Positions 34,776-42,347 of a stretch of 43,868 nucleotides of DNA are shown piece by piece. The stretch's first letter is position 1; the number at the start of each line of letters is the position of its first letter. The translations under genes were made by a program, and so were the position numbers. This stretch comes from a virus (Duplodnaviria; Caudoviricetes). The notes under the pieces were generated by a model. That model saw nothing but the letters and a program-made list of their open reading frames with translations. It did not search any database and had not been told where the DNA came from. The stretch is from positions 1 through 43,868 of IMG/VR virus record IMGVR_UViG_3300046061_000025. The stretch is one strand, 5' to 3'.

Positions 34776-36116
34776 CTACCGGTCGACGGCGATCTTGTAA
34801 TCCAATGCTTTCAAGCTGATGTTGTCCGTGCTCGACGCCTGCGCCATCAACACGAGGTAATCCAGATCGTTCAACTGGGCATTCGCATCCAGCCCAGTGG
34901 ACGCGCCGGCTTCGTTCAGCCCGCTGCCGCCCTGCATCGACCGACCCGCGAGCTTCCGCCCCACCGGATACCCCTTCGTCCCAACGTGCGGGTCGTTATT
35001 CCCCGAACCCGCCGCATCGAACCGCGTCACACTATCAATGTTCCCCCATTCGGTGTCTTCGAAGAACGCCTCCCGCGTATCGAGGCCGGGTGGCGGCGTC
35101 ATATCCTGCTCCGCGCCGTTCACGAACGCCACGTCCGGTTTCCGCATCATGTACGCCGACACGTGAACATCCTCCGACCCCGGGATCGTCATAATCCCCT
35201 CCAACGACATTGGCACGTCGCGGTCCGCCGTCCGAACCGCAATGAGGGGATACGGCTGCGTGGTCGTGATGTCCCCGCCGCCAATGTCCCCAGTCCGGCC
35301 GACGTCCTTGTAGCGGGGTGTTGCGTCGTTTTGGCCCAGGATGTTGTAGTGGGCGTTCCCGAACCGGACCGTGGCCGCCGACGCGTCCGGGCCGGTGTTT
35401 TCCAGCTCGCACCGCATCCGGAAGTTCACCTTATCCGTCGCCGTCTCCGACACCGGGCTCAGTCGATCCAGTGGGAGCGTGACTTTCGACACGTTCGGAT
35501 CCGGATTCAGATTGAGGTCGATGATGCTGTTCGACGTGTTGTCCAGCAGATCCGGGATTTGTACTTCGGGCTTCCACTCCCCGAAATCGTACCAGCCCAG
35601 CTCGTTCCTGACGATCGCGCCGACGGTTTCGTCCCATCCGAACACGCTGGGGTCGGACGCCCACCGGTCCCGATGAATACTGATGTTTGTCGTGCCGTTC
35701 TTGATGATCTGCAGGTAGTGATCGGACGGCGCGTCGCCGGGTGTGCCGGTGATCTCCCACCTGTAGGCGTTCTGCCAGTCCCGCGTGGTGGTGACGCCCA
35801 TCCGGAGGCGTTGATCCACGGCGAGCAGGTTGTCGGCGAGGAACGCCCACCCGAATAAGGAGGACATCGAGGGGACGTACCCGACGCGATCCCGCGTCCG
35901 AAGGACAGCCAGATCTCCCTCCGCAGCGCTCACTGTCAGTTCGTAGAGGCCGCCGGTCCCTGGGTCGACGCTCCCACCGCCAGCTGTGACGGTGTCCCAG
36001 TTCGTCCGATCGATGTTATCCCACCCAGTGCTGATGGAGAACCACGGATCGGCCTGCACGACTTCGCGCTGGCGGAACTGTGTGGTCCTGACTCGTTCGT
36101 TCGCCGGCCCGACCAT
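34776..36116 (-). CDS. Hypothetical beta-rich, probably virion-associated protein
   Basis: 446 aa, Trp/Gly-rich beta strands; has its own late promoter. Confidence 0.7.
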   Translation of the reverse strand: MVGPANERVRTTQFRQREVVQADPWFSISTGWDNIDRTNWDTVTAGGGSVDPGTGGLYELTVSAAEGDLAVLRTRDRVGYVPSMSSLFGWAFLADNLLAVDQRLRMGVTTTRDWQNAYRWEITGTPGDAPSDHYLQIIKNGTTNISIHRDRWASDPSVFGWDETVGAIVRNELGWYDFGEWKPEVQIPDLLDNTSNSIIDLNLNPDPNVSKVTLPLDRLSPVSETATDKVNFRMRCELENTGPDASAATVRFGNAHYNILGQNDATPRYKDVGRTGDIGGGDITTTQPYPLIAVRTADRDVPMSLEGIMTIPGSEDVHVSAYMMRKPDVAFVNGAEQDMTPPPGLDTREAFFEDTEWGNIDSVTRFDAAGSGNNDPHVGTKGYPVGRKLAGRSMQGGSGLNEAGASTGLDANAQLNDLDYLVLMAQASSTDNISLKALDYKIAVDR

Positions 36117-36141
36117 ACCCGACCTGTCGACAGCACGGGGG

Positions 36142-36164
36142 ATAAACCAGCGTGACGCTGAATC
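36142..36164 (-). promoter_or_regulatory. Late promoter motif copy 6
   Basis: CAGCGTCA-N6-TTTAT, 26 nt to ATG 36116. Confidence 0.75.
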
Positions 36165-38025
36165 ACGCCGTCCGCCCGGTATATCGCCAGGTGTCAGGCT
36201 CGACCCCGCCGCGCTTTCCGCCGAGGCACGCCGCCGTATAGCAATAGATCAGAGCGTAGAATCCGTCGTCCTGCTGGGTATCCTGGAACGTCGTGATCCG
36301 CTCCCGCCGCGTCCCCGACTTCGTTTCCTGAAACTCCCGCTTCACACTAGTGAGATGGTCGAACCAATATGTCATCGTATCCCGCGTCTCAACGTGGTCC
36401 CGATACGGGATCGTGATGCGTGCATCCGGCGTCCGCTCGTGCTCGTACTCCCCCTCCAATTCATCTGCAGTCACCGTCTCATCAAACCCCTGCACCTCTG
36501 GAAAGAGGTCGAAGACTCTGTTTGCCCAAGGGGCCTGGGCCGCGTATACGGTTTTCCCGTCGCGCTTGAGGAACGGCCACTTCCCCCCGGGATCGTTGCT
36601 CGGGGACAGGTTGAACCGGTGGCCGGTAACATGCGATCCCCAGCCGCGCTCGGGGATCGCATTCTCCCGCCGATCGCCGTTCTGCAGTACGTCGACGTGT
36701 GCTTCGCCGTACCCGAGATCGGCGACCGCCCGGCCATCCGTGCCGATCCCGAACCGATCCAGCACCCCAGCCACCTTTCGAAGTTCCTCCGTCCGATGCT
36801 CATACCCCACGCGCTCGACGTTCCGGATCGTGACACCAGTGGGCCAGTGGTCTTTCTGGCGGCCGTCCACGGTGGCGATCACGACGATGGTGTCGGATGA
36901 TTCGCCGCCGCCCCAGTCGACACCCGCGTAATACGGGCCATACCCTGGTTCCGCGCGGTGCTGGAGCGCGAGGTCGTCGTCACAACAGGCGTAGATCGCC
37001 GCCTCCGGAATCGGCTTCGCGCCACCGCTGTAGAACTGGGCGAGCTTGAAGCGGTTGAACTCGGCCGTCGACGTGCTGGCGAGGGACCTAGATCGCATTA
37101 CTTCGTCGAGCGGGTGCCGTGGTGAGACGAGCTGGCTGATCGTATACCCGCGGTGGACGCCGGTGGGGTTCGTCGCCCGCCAGAACCCATCATGCAGGAT
37201 GTCCTGCTTGGTGAATTCGTGCTGGCACTGTCGACAGTAGAGACCCCATCGTTTCGGGTCCACCTCGACGACGTGGACGCTGTCGAGGGTGATGGTTTGA
37301 TCGACGTCGCATTGGGGGCAGGCGTAGTGCCAGCGATGCTGTGTGGATTCCTGCCAGTGCTCGTGATACACCGTGCCTTCGTAGTTCGGCGTCCCCGTGA
37401 ATAGGAGGCGGGCCATCCCGCTGTCGATGGCTTCCTTCAGGTTTGCGAGGGCTTCGGCGGTCCAGTTCTGTACCTCGTCGGCGTTCCCGTACTGACCATG
37501 GAAGCCCTGAATGCTGCGGCCGTCACCCCACGCCGATCGGCCCTCGAGAAACGAGCCGGTGCGGAACTTGTTTCGTTTGACGGCGACGCGGCCGTCGGCG
37601 AGCATCGACGCCAGCACCGGAGGATCGCCTCGAGACGTTTGGATCATTCGGGCGATCGAGCGTTTCATGAACGAGTTGAGCTGATCCGAGCGGGGGACGG
37701 TATGGATCACGTCGCACATCCGCCTGGTGGTGGGGATCTTCATTAACGGTAGCGCGGATTGGACGGTTTTGCCCAGGCCCCTGGCCATCTTCCAGATGTG
37801 GATGCGCTCGGTATCGGGGTCCATGACGGCGCGGAGGGGGTCCTGCCAGAACTGGTAGTCGCCCTGGTAGTCGAGCGGGACGCCGTTGATCTTCACGAGG
37901 GTTTCCGCCCACGTGACGATATTCTCCGAGGCGGCTTCCAGCTCCGCCGTCGGCACCCGACCACGTTTAGTTTCACTGTGGGCTGTCTCGTGGTCGATCC
38001 ACGAGGTATCAATCCCGCCCGACAT
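36163..38025 (-). CDS. terL: Terminase large subunit
   Basis: Walker A KMARGLGKT, Walker B NADEV, FTGTP, Zn CPQC/CRQC, RNase H-like AGVDWGG and QDDGFYA. Confidence 0.92.
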   Translation of the reverse strand: MSGGIDTSWIDHETAHSETKRGRVPTAELEAASENIVTWAETLVKINGVPLDYQGDYQFWQDPLRAVMDPDTERIHIWKMARGLGKTVQSALPLMKIPTTRRMCDVIHTVPRSDQLNSFMKRSIARMIQTSRGDPPVLASMLADGRVAVKRNKFRTGSFLEGRSAWGDGRSIQGFHGQYGNADEVQNWTAEALANLKEAIDSGMARLLFTGTPNYEGTVYHEHWQESTQHRWHYACPQCDVDQTITLDSVHVVEVDPKRWGLYCRQCQHEFTKQDILHDGFWRATNPTGVHRGYTISQLVSPRHPLDEVMRSRSLASTSTAEFNRFKLAQFYSGGAKPIPEAAIYACCDDDLALQHRAEPGYGPYYAGVDWGGGESSDTIVVIATVDGRQKDHWPTGVTIRNVERVGYEHRTEELRKVAGVLDRFGIGTDGRAVADLGYGEAHVDVLQNGDRRENAIPERGWGSHVTGHRFNLSPSNDPGGKWPFLKRDGKTVYAAQAPWANRVFDLFPEVQGFDETVTADELEGEYEHERTPDARITIPYRDHVETRDTMTYWFDHLTSVKREFQETKSGTRRERITTFQDTQQDDGFYALIYCYTAACLGGKRGGVEPDTWRYTGRTA

Positions 38026-38029
38026 CGAA

Positions 38030-38203
38030 TCAAGACCCCTTGGATCGGTAGTGGTCGTTCTTCAAGCATAACCCGGTGTCCGGGTCGCAGCCCTCGCGTT
38101 CACACGACCGGCACAACCGGCCCATCTTTCGTTTCATCTGGTCGCCACAGCATGGACAGCTCGTCGAGCGTGCATCCACGGCCGCGTCTATCGTATCGCC
38201 CAT
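38030..38203 (-). CDS. Cys-rich microprotein between TerS and TerL (not in ORF track)
   Basis: MGDTIDAAVDARSTSCPCCGDQMKRKMGRLCRSCEREGCDPDTGLCLKNDHYRSKGS fills the intergenic gap. Confidence 0.6.
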   Translation of the reverse strand: MGDTIDAAVDARSTSCPCCGDQMKRKMGRLCRSCEREGCDPDTGLCLKNDHYRSKGS

Positions 38204-38205
38204 CA

Positions 38206-38799
38206 CTACTCGACCAGCGCATCCAGATTCTCGTGCCCACTCGACGACCCCTCGTGCTGGGCGGAATTCCCCTCATAATGCAGCCCCAACCGGATCTCCC
38301 GACGGAAGGATTGGGCCGCCTCGATCTTCTCCTGCATAAACCGATCATACCCCTCCCCGGACGCCTCACCCGTCTGCACCCACTCGTGCAACGCCTCGTC
38401 GATCAAGTTCTGAATGATGGTGGTTTCCATCGTGTCGAACACCGCCAGCTTCATCGCCTGCCTGTCGTTCCGGCAGCCGGTACGAAAATCGAGGAACGCC
38501 TGTTTGAACTCCACCTGCTGCCGATCGTCCATCACCTCGAGAATCCGTTCAGCCGTCATATGGAGTCCATGCCGCATCGCCCTCGCGTTCCCGATCGGGG
38601 CACCGCCATCATTCCCTTCGGCATACTCGTTCCCCGGATGGGCCCCCCGACCATCCGACACCTCGTCCGGGCCGAGCCCTGGGTATTTGGTGTGGTTTTC
38701 CAGCCAGCACCGCTCGCCCTCCGTCGCCGGGTTCCCACACGGCCCGTTACTCGCCGGATACCCACAGACCGACTCTTCCCCGGATTCTATACCGGACAT
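38206..38799 (-). CDS. terS: Terminase small subunit
   Basis: CG...PC...RCW and GGAPIGNARAMRHGL motif; upstream of TerL. Confidence 0.75.
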   Translation of the reverse strand: MSGIESGEESVCGYPASNGPCGNPATEGERCWLENHTKYPGLGPDEVSDGRGAHPGNEYAEGNDGGAPIGNARAMRHGLHMTAERILEVMDDRQQVEFKQAFLDFRTGCRNDRQAMKLAVFDTMETTIIQNLIDEALHEWVQTGEASGEGYDRFMQEKIEAAQSFRREIRLGLHYEGNSAQHEGSSSGHENLDALVE

Positions 38800-38859
38800 A
38801 TCCAGATAAGTGCTGTTTCCAGTCCTATAATCCCGCCTCCCGCTCGTTCGAATCGCGAT

Positions 38860-39264
38860 TCACTCGGAGAAATTCCGCTTTTCGCCGTCGGATGCGCTAT
38901 ATTCGAGTTGAATGCCGAGTAAGAGCATACTGATGCCTGTAATTTCAAGAACCCAGTATATATTGAAGGTGTTCGCCAGGAATGCGGGAATGATGAAGAT
39001 GACGGTAAGTAGTGTTCCGGTTTTTGTTATGAGTCCATATTTTTCGACGCTATTCAGTTCAGCGAAATATTCATACGGTGTGGGGGCATCGGCGCCCCAG
39101 GCGTGGTAAATGACACTTGCAATAATTATTATAGAAAGTATTCCTAGAGCAACGAGCACAATTGGGTTGTTTGTTAAGAAGTCATAGACTAATAGAGCGA
39201 TATACGTGACTGCTGCGGCAACGAAAATGTAGAATAATATTGTGATCTCGAACCTGGATACCAT
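38860..39264 (-). CDS. Low-GC four-helix membrane protein (moron)
   Basis: Visibly AT-rich DNA; four hydrophobic segments; GGGTGA RBS before ATG 39264. Confidence 0.7.
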   Translation of the reverse strand: MVSRFEITILFYIFVAAAVTYIALLVYDFLTNNPIVLVALGILSIIIIASVIYHAWGADAPTPYEYFAELNSVEKYGLITKTGTLLTVIFIIPAFLANTFNIYWVLEITGISMLLLGIQLEYSASDGEKRNFSE

Positions 39265-39361
39265 TCGCTCACCCCTAGGACGTGGTACTGTCGTATATAG
39301 TAGGGGGCTGCCAGTGGATAGCGTGAGAACCACACAAGTATTGCCACATCCTCGTCAGTTT

Positions 39362-39592
39362 CTCTTACAGCGTTGTAAGAGGTTTCGCACAACCGACCGT
39401 ACTCGCGTCGGTCGGTTGTGCGGAGAGATAGGGCCGGGCCCATCACTCTTCGTGTAAGAGAATATTAACACTGCGCATCAACCGCCATAGCTGATATTAC
39501 TTAGGCGGCGGTTTCCCTCCTCCGAGGATAGCCAACGCGGCCAATTCTCTTACGGTAGTCTGGGGATACCGCTTACAACGCTGTAAGAGGTT
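39362..39592. repeat. Inverted pair of 16-bp palindromic sites plus a 14-bp hairpin in a non-coding region
   Basis: CTTACAGCGTTGTAAG (39364-39379) and its exact reverse complement CTTACAACGCTGTAAG (39572-39587); CGCACAACCGACCG/CGGTCGGTTGTGCG at 39386-39422. Confidence 0.8.
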
Positions 39593-39621
39593 TTCCCAAG
39601 TCCAAAGAGATTTTTCTACGT

Positions 39622-40260
39622 TCATGCGTCGGTCACCCGTTCGAGGACCCGTCGGGTTCCGTGGCCGCTCCGTTTGTAGACGTGCCGGTATTCGAAGTCG
39701 CCGCCCGTGATGCGTTCGTGGTTGTATTCGTCTGTCGAGGCCTCGCCGCCCGACAGTCGGGCAACGGCCTTCAATGCGCGGTAGAGTTCGGTCGACTGGA
39801 GGGATTCATCGAAATGTTTCTCGAGCCGGAATTTCGCTTTCGACTGCTTGCCGGTAGCGCTCGCCCGGGCCTGCGTCTCGATTACCTCGTGGCCCTTGGC
39901 GACCCATGCCAGGTCGTCCCAGTGGCGGTAGATCGAAACGGCCCGCTGCTCGCTGGTGCCTAGCAACGACTCGCGGTCGGCCATGTCCATTGAGGCGTAT
40001 TTTTCGAGTGTGGAGGCCCCAACCAGTTTGTCACGGTCTTCGACGACGTCCTGGAGGCGGTTGACCATCTGGACCAGGTTACGCGTTTCCTCGCGTTCGG
40101 CTTCAAGGTCTGCCTCCAGTCGCGCGATGTCGGCCTGCATGGACTCGACGAGCGACTCCATGACGGCCACGCGGTCGGCCAGATCGTCGTCATCTCCGGC
40201 TTGGACTGTCTCGGCGAGGACGAATTTGTCGCGGTCCGACAGCTCTTCGGAGTGGCTCAC
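39622..40260 (-). CDS. Coiled-coil protein with a basic, putatively DNA-binding C-terminal domain
   Basis: GTGA overlap start after GAGGT; LADRVAVMESLVESMQADIARLEADL heptads. Confidence 0.7.
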   Translation of the reverse strand: MSHSEELSDRDKFVLAETVQAGDDDDLADRVAVMESLVESMQADIARLEADLEAEREETRNLVQMVNRLQDVVEDRDKLVGASTLEKYASMDMADRESLLGTSEQRAVSIYRHWDDLAWVAKGHEVIETQARASATGKQSKAKFRLEKHFDESLQSTELYRALKAVARLSGGEASTDEYNHERITGGDFEYRHVYKRSGHGTRRVLERVTDA

Positions 40261-40832
40261 AAATCGACCTCTTCGTCGGTCGCGACGTACTCGAATAGCG
40301 ATTGGTTTAGTTCGTTCCGGCCCGGGGTTTGGGCGCGTGCACTCGCTTCGGTGCTGGTTTTTTCGGTGTGACAGGTCGAGCAGAGGGTTTGGAGGTTCGC
40401 GGGGTCGAACGGGTGCCCGCCGTCTGTAATCGGCTGTATGTGGTCGACCTCGAGCCGTCGGGCGTATTCGTGCGGGTTGCCGTATCGCTCCTCGAGTTCG
40501 TTTCGCTCCTGTTGCCACGATGCCATAGCCTCGTTGTGCTCCACCACTTCGGAATGCTCAATCTCTCCCGGGCCGATCTCGAGCAGGTTCGGGCCTTTCG
40601 GCCGGTCGGGAAGCTGCTCGTAGATACGAGCGTTGATGTCCTCGGGGAAAAATTTGGTAGACGGGATCCGATCTCCCGTACTGACTTTGTACCGGTTGCC
40701 CTCGTCATCGAACGCAAACGCTGCATGTCTTGCTCCGTTGTAAGGCGGGAATTCGTCGATGTGCAGCGCATCGTCCGCGTCATATGGGTCCGGCGGTGAT
40801 CGGACAGTGCCGCCCTGGGATTGACCGCTCAT
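40257..40832 (-). CDS. HNH endonuclease
   Basis: LEVDHIQPITDGGHPFDPANLQTLCSTCHTEKT; ATGA start after GGAGGTG. Confidence 0.88.
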   Translation of the reverse strand: MSGQSQGGTVRSPPDPYDADDALHIDEFPPYNGARHAAFAFDDEGNRYKVSTGDRIPSTKFFPEDINARIYEQLPDRPKGPNLLEIGPGEIEHSEVVEHNEAMASWQQERNELEERYGNPHEYARRLEVDHIQPITDGGHPFDPANLQTLCSTCHTEKTSTEASARAQTPGRNELNQSLFEYVATDEEVDL

Positions 40833-40966
40833 CCGCGGAGCACCTCCCGGTCGCAACCCTGGCAATAGAAGACTCGGTTGTGGTGGCCGTGGTTACCGCC
40901 GTCGGCGTTCTGCACCCGCCCGAGGTAGCGCATGTCGGCGCCGCAACGCTCGCAGACGGCGCTCAT
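40829..40966 (-). CDS. Small Zn-ribbon protein (not in ORF track)
   Basis: MSAVCERCGADMRYLGRVQNADGGNHGHHNRVFYCQGCDREVLRG; ATGA overlaps at both ends. Confidence 0.7.
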   Translation of the reverse strand: MSAVCERCGADMRYLGRVQNADGGNHGHHNRVFYCQGCDREVLRG

Positions 40967-41361
40967 TCGGTCACCACCGCTTCGTCCGTTGTTAACCGAT
41001 CCGCCTCCGGAATGTGCCCGCAGTTCGGACAGACAACCTGGTCGCCATCCACACGCTCACCGCAGCCGGAACAGCACTCCGGCTCCATACCGGGTTTAAA
41101 AAGCGCATGGAAGCGGAACAGTTCGCGGCCGGAGGCGTCCGTGACCACGACCTGGACGTGTTCTTCTTTGAGCCCGCCGTGATAGCCAGCGTGGTAGCGA
41201 GCGTCGTTGTCGGCATCGAGAAGGGCCCCGTCAACTTCCCAGGTTTCGCCACACTCGAGGCACTTTCCGTAGTACGGCCGTGGGGGGCGGCCGTATCGTT
41301 TGTAGATCTCGTACTCTGCTTCGGCGGTATCGGGCCGGGTTGACATCCGGTCGTCGGTCAT
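40963..41361 (-). CDS. Zn-finger protein (CLECG...H...H, CSGCG...CPNCG)
   Basis: ATGA start at 41361. Confidence 0.7.
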   Translation of the reverse strand: MTDDRMSTRPDTAEAEYEIYKRYGRPPRPYYGKCLECGETWEVDGALLDADNDARYHAGYHGGLKEEHVQVVVTDASGRELFRFHALFKPGMEPECCSGCGERVDGDQVVCPNCGHIPEADRLTTDEAVVTE

Positions 41362-41603
41362 TCGGCCAGCACCCCCTCGCGGAGCGATTCTCTCTGGACG
41401 CCCTGTGGGCGGACTTCCAGCACGTCGACACCCTCCCAGTCGCTGCGGTGTCCGTAGTCGTCGGTGCGGCGCTCGTGAAGGACGTCGATGACCGTCGGCT
41501 CGTGGACGAGCAGGCGGACGCGGTGCTCGATCTGGATGTGGCGCTTGTCGTAACTGGTGTAGGGCGCCTCGGCCCATCTAGCAACGGTGTACGTGTCGGT
41601 CAC
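41358..41603 (-). CDS. Hypothetical protein
   Basis: GTGA start after GGAGGTG. Confidence 0.65.
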   Translation of the reverse strand: MTDTYTVARWAEAPYTSYDKRHIQIEHRVRLLVHEPTVIDVLHERRTDDYGHRSDWEGVDVLEVRPQGVQRESLREGVLAE

Positions 41604-42022
41604 TGCTCGACACCTCCGTCGGAGCGGTCAGTTCCCGTGTCCAGTGAACAGTCGAGAGAACAGTACGGCCCATCATCCATCTCCATTAGATTTGAGATCT
41701 TGACCGACTCGCCATCTGCGAGACGTTCGTGGCCGTCCATTTTGACGCCGCTCTGCGTATACACCCCATCCCCGTGTATCTCGTCGCCACAGGTAATGCA
41801 GCGGCCAGTATCGGCCTGGGGTTGACCGTCAGTGCCCGGCTCTACGTGTCGCCCGTCTTCAGCAGCGGGAGCACCAACGGCAACGTCGTGGTGCTCGTCG
41901 GCGCGCTGGTAGAAATGGACGCGGCACGCCCGGACCTCGCACGTGAACGTCCCGACCCGTTCGGTCTTCTCACCGACGACACCGCAGCACGGACACCGTT
42001 CGGTAACGTCTGAGGGCGTCAC
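41600..42022 (-). CDS. Cys-rich Zn-finger protein
   Basis: CPCCG, C...C, CITCG, YCSLDC. Confidence 0.7.
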   Translation of the reverse strand: MTPSDVTERCPCCGVVGEKTERVGTFTCEVRACRVHFYQRADEHHDVAVGAPAAEDGRHVEPGTDGQPQADTGRCITCGDEIHGDGVYTQSGVKMDGHERLADGESVKISNLMEMDDGPYCSLDCSLDTGTDRSDGGVEQ

Positions 42023-42207
42023 GACGTCTCACCCCGATTCTCGACTCGCGGGTCTGACGGATCGACCTCCCCGGTTTCCAGCGCCGTCTCGAAGCAGTTG
42101 CGGCACAGCATCTGTTTCGGAAGGTTGACCATTTCGATAGCCCGCAGCGGCACGTCGTCGCGGCCACAGTCCTGGCACTCGACGCCCTGCGATTGACCGC
42201 CCGTCAT
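42019..42207 (-). CDS. Small Zn-finger protein (CQDCG...CRNC)
   Basis: GGGGGTG RBS, overlaps with neighbours. Confidence 0.7.
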   Translation of the reverse strand: MTGGQSQGVECQDCGRDDVPLRAIEMVNLPKQMLCRNCFETALETGEVDPSDPRVENRGETS

Positions 42208-42276
42208 GCCGATGCACCCCCGGGAGAACAGCGCGATCGTGGACTAATCGCTGTTGGCTTTGAACATTTGGGTGCA

Positions 42277-42298
42277 AGCCGGTGGAGGGATTTGAACC
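42277..42298 (-). other. attP core resembling a tRNA 3' end (probably tRNA-Thr)
   Basis: Minus strand GGTTCAAATCCCTCCACCGGCT = T-loop, 3' T-stem, acceptor CACCGGC and U discriminator; no 5' half present; 50 nt upstream of the integrase. Confidence 0.8.
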
Positions 42299-42347
42299 AA
42301 ACGTTCACAGCCAAACCTATTTCCACCGGGGCTGTAAGACCACCAGC

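Noticed and set aside
14469-36164. CRISPR array or DGR interpretation of the recurring ~25-nt motif
   Set aside because: Copies are kilobases apart and tied to start codons; no cas or reverse transcriptase gene was seen
38840-38864. GTTCGAATC T-loop-like sequence upstream of terS
   Set aside because: No 5-bp T-stem and no acceptor stem; probably part of a short palindrome
42277-42298. Complete tRNA gene next to the integrase
   Set aside because: Only the 3' 22 nt are present; called attP instead
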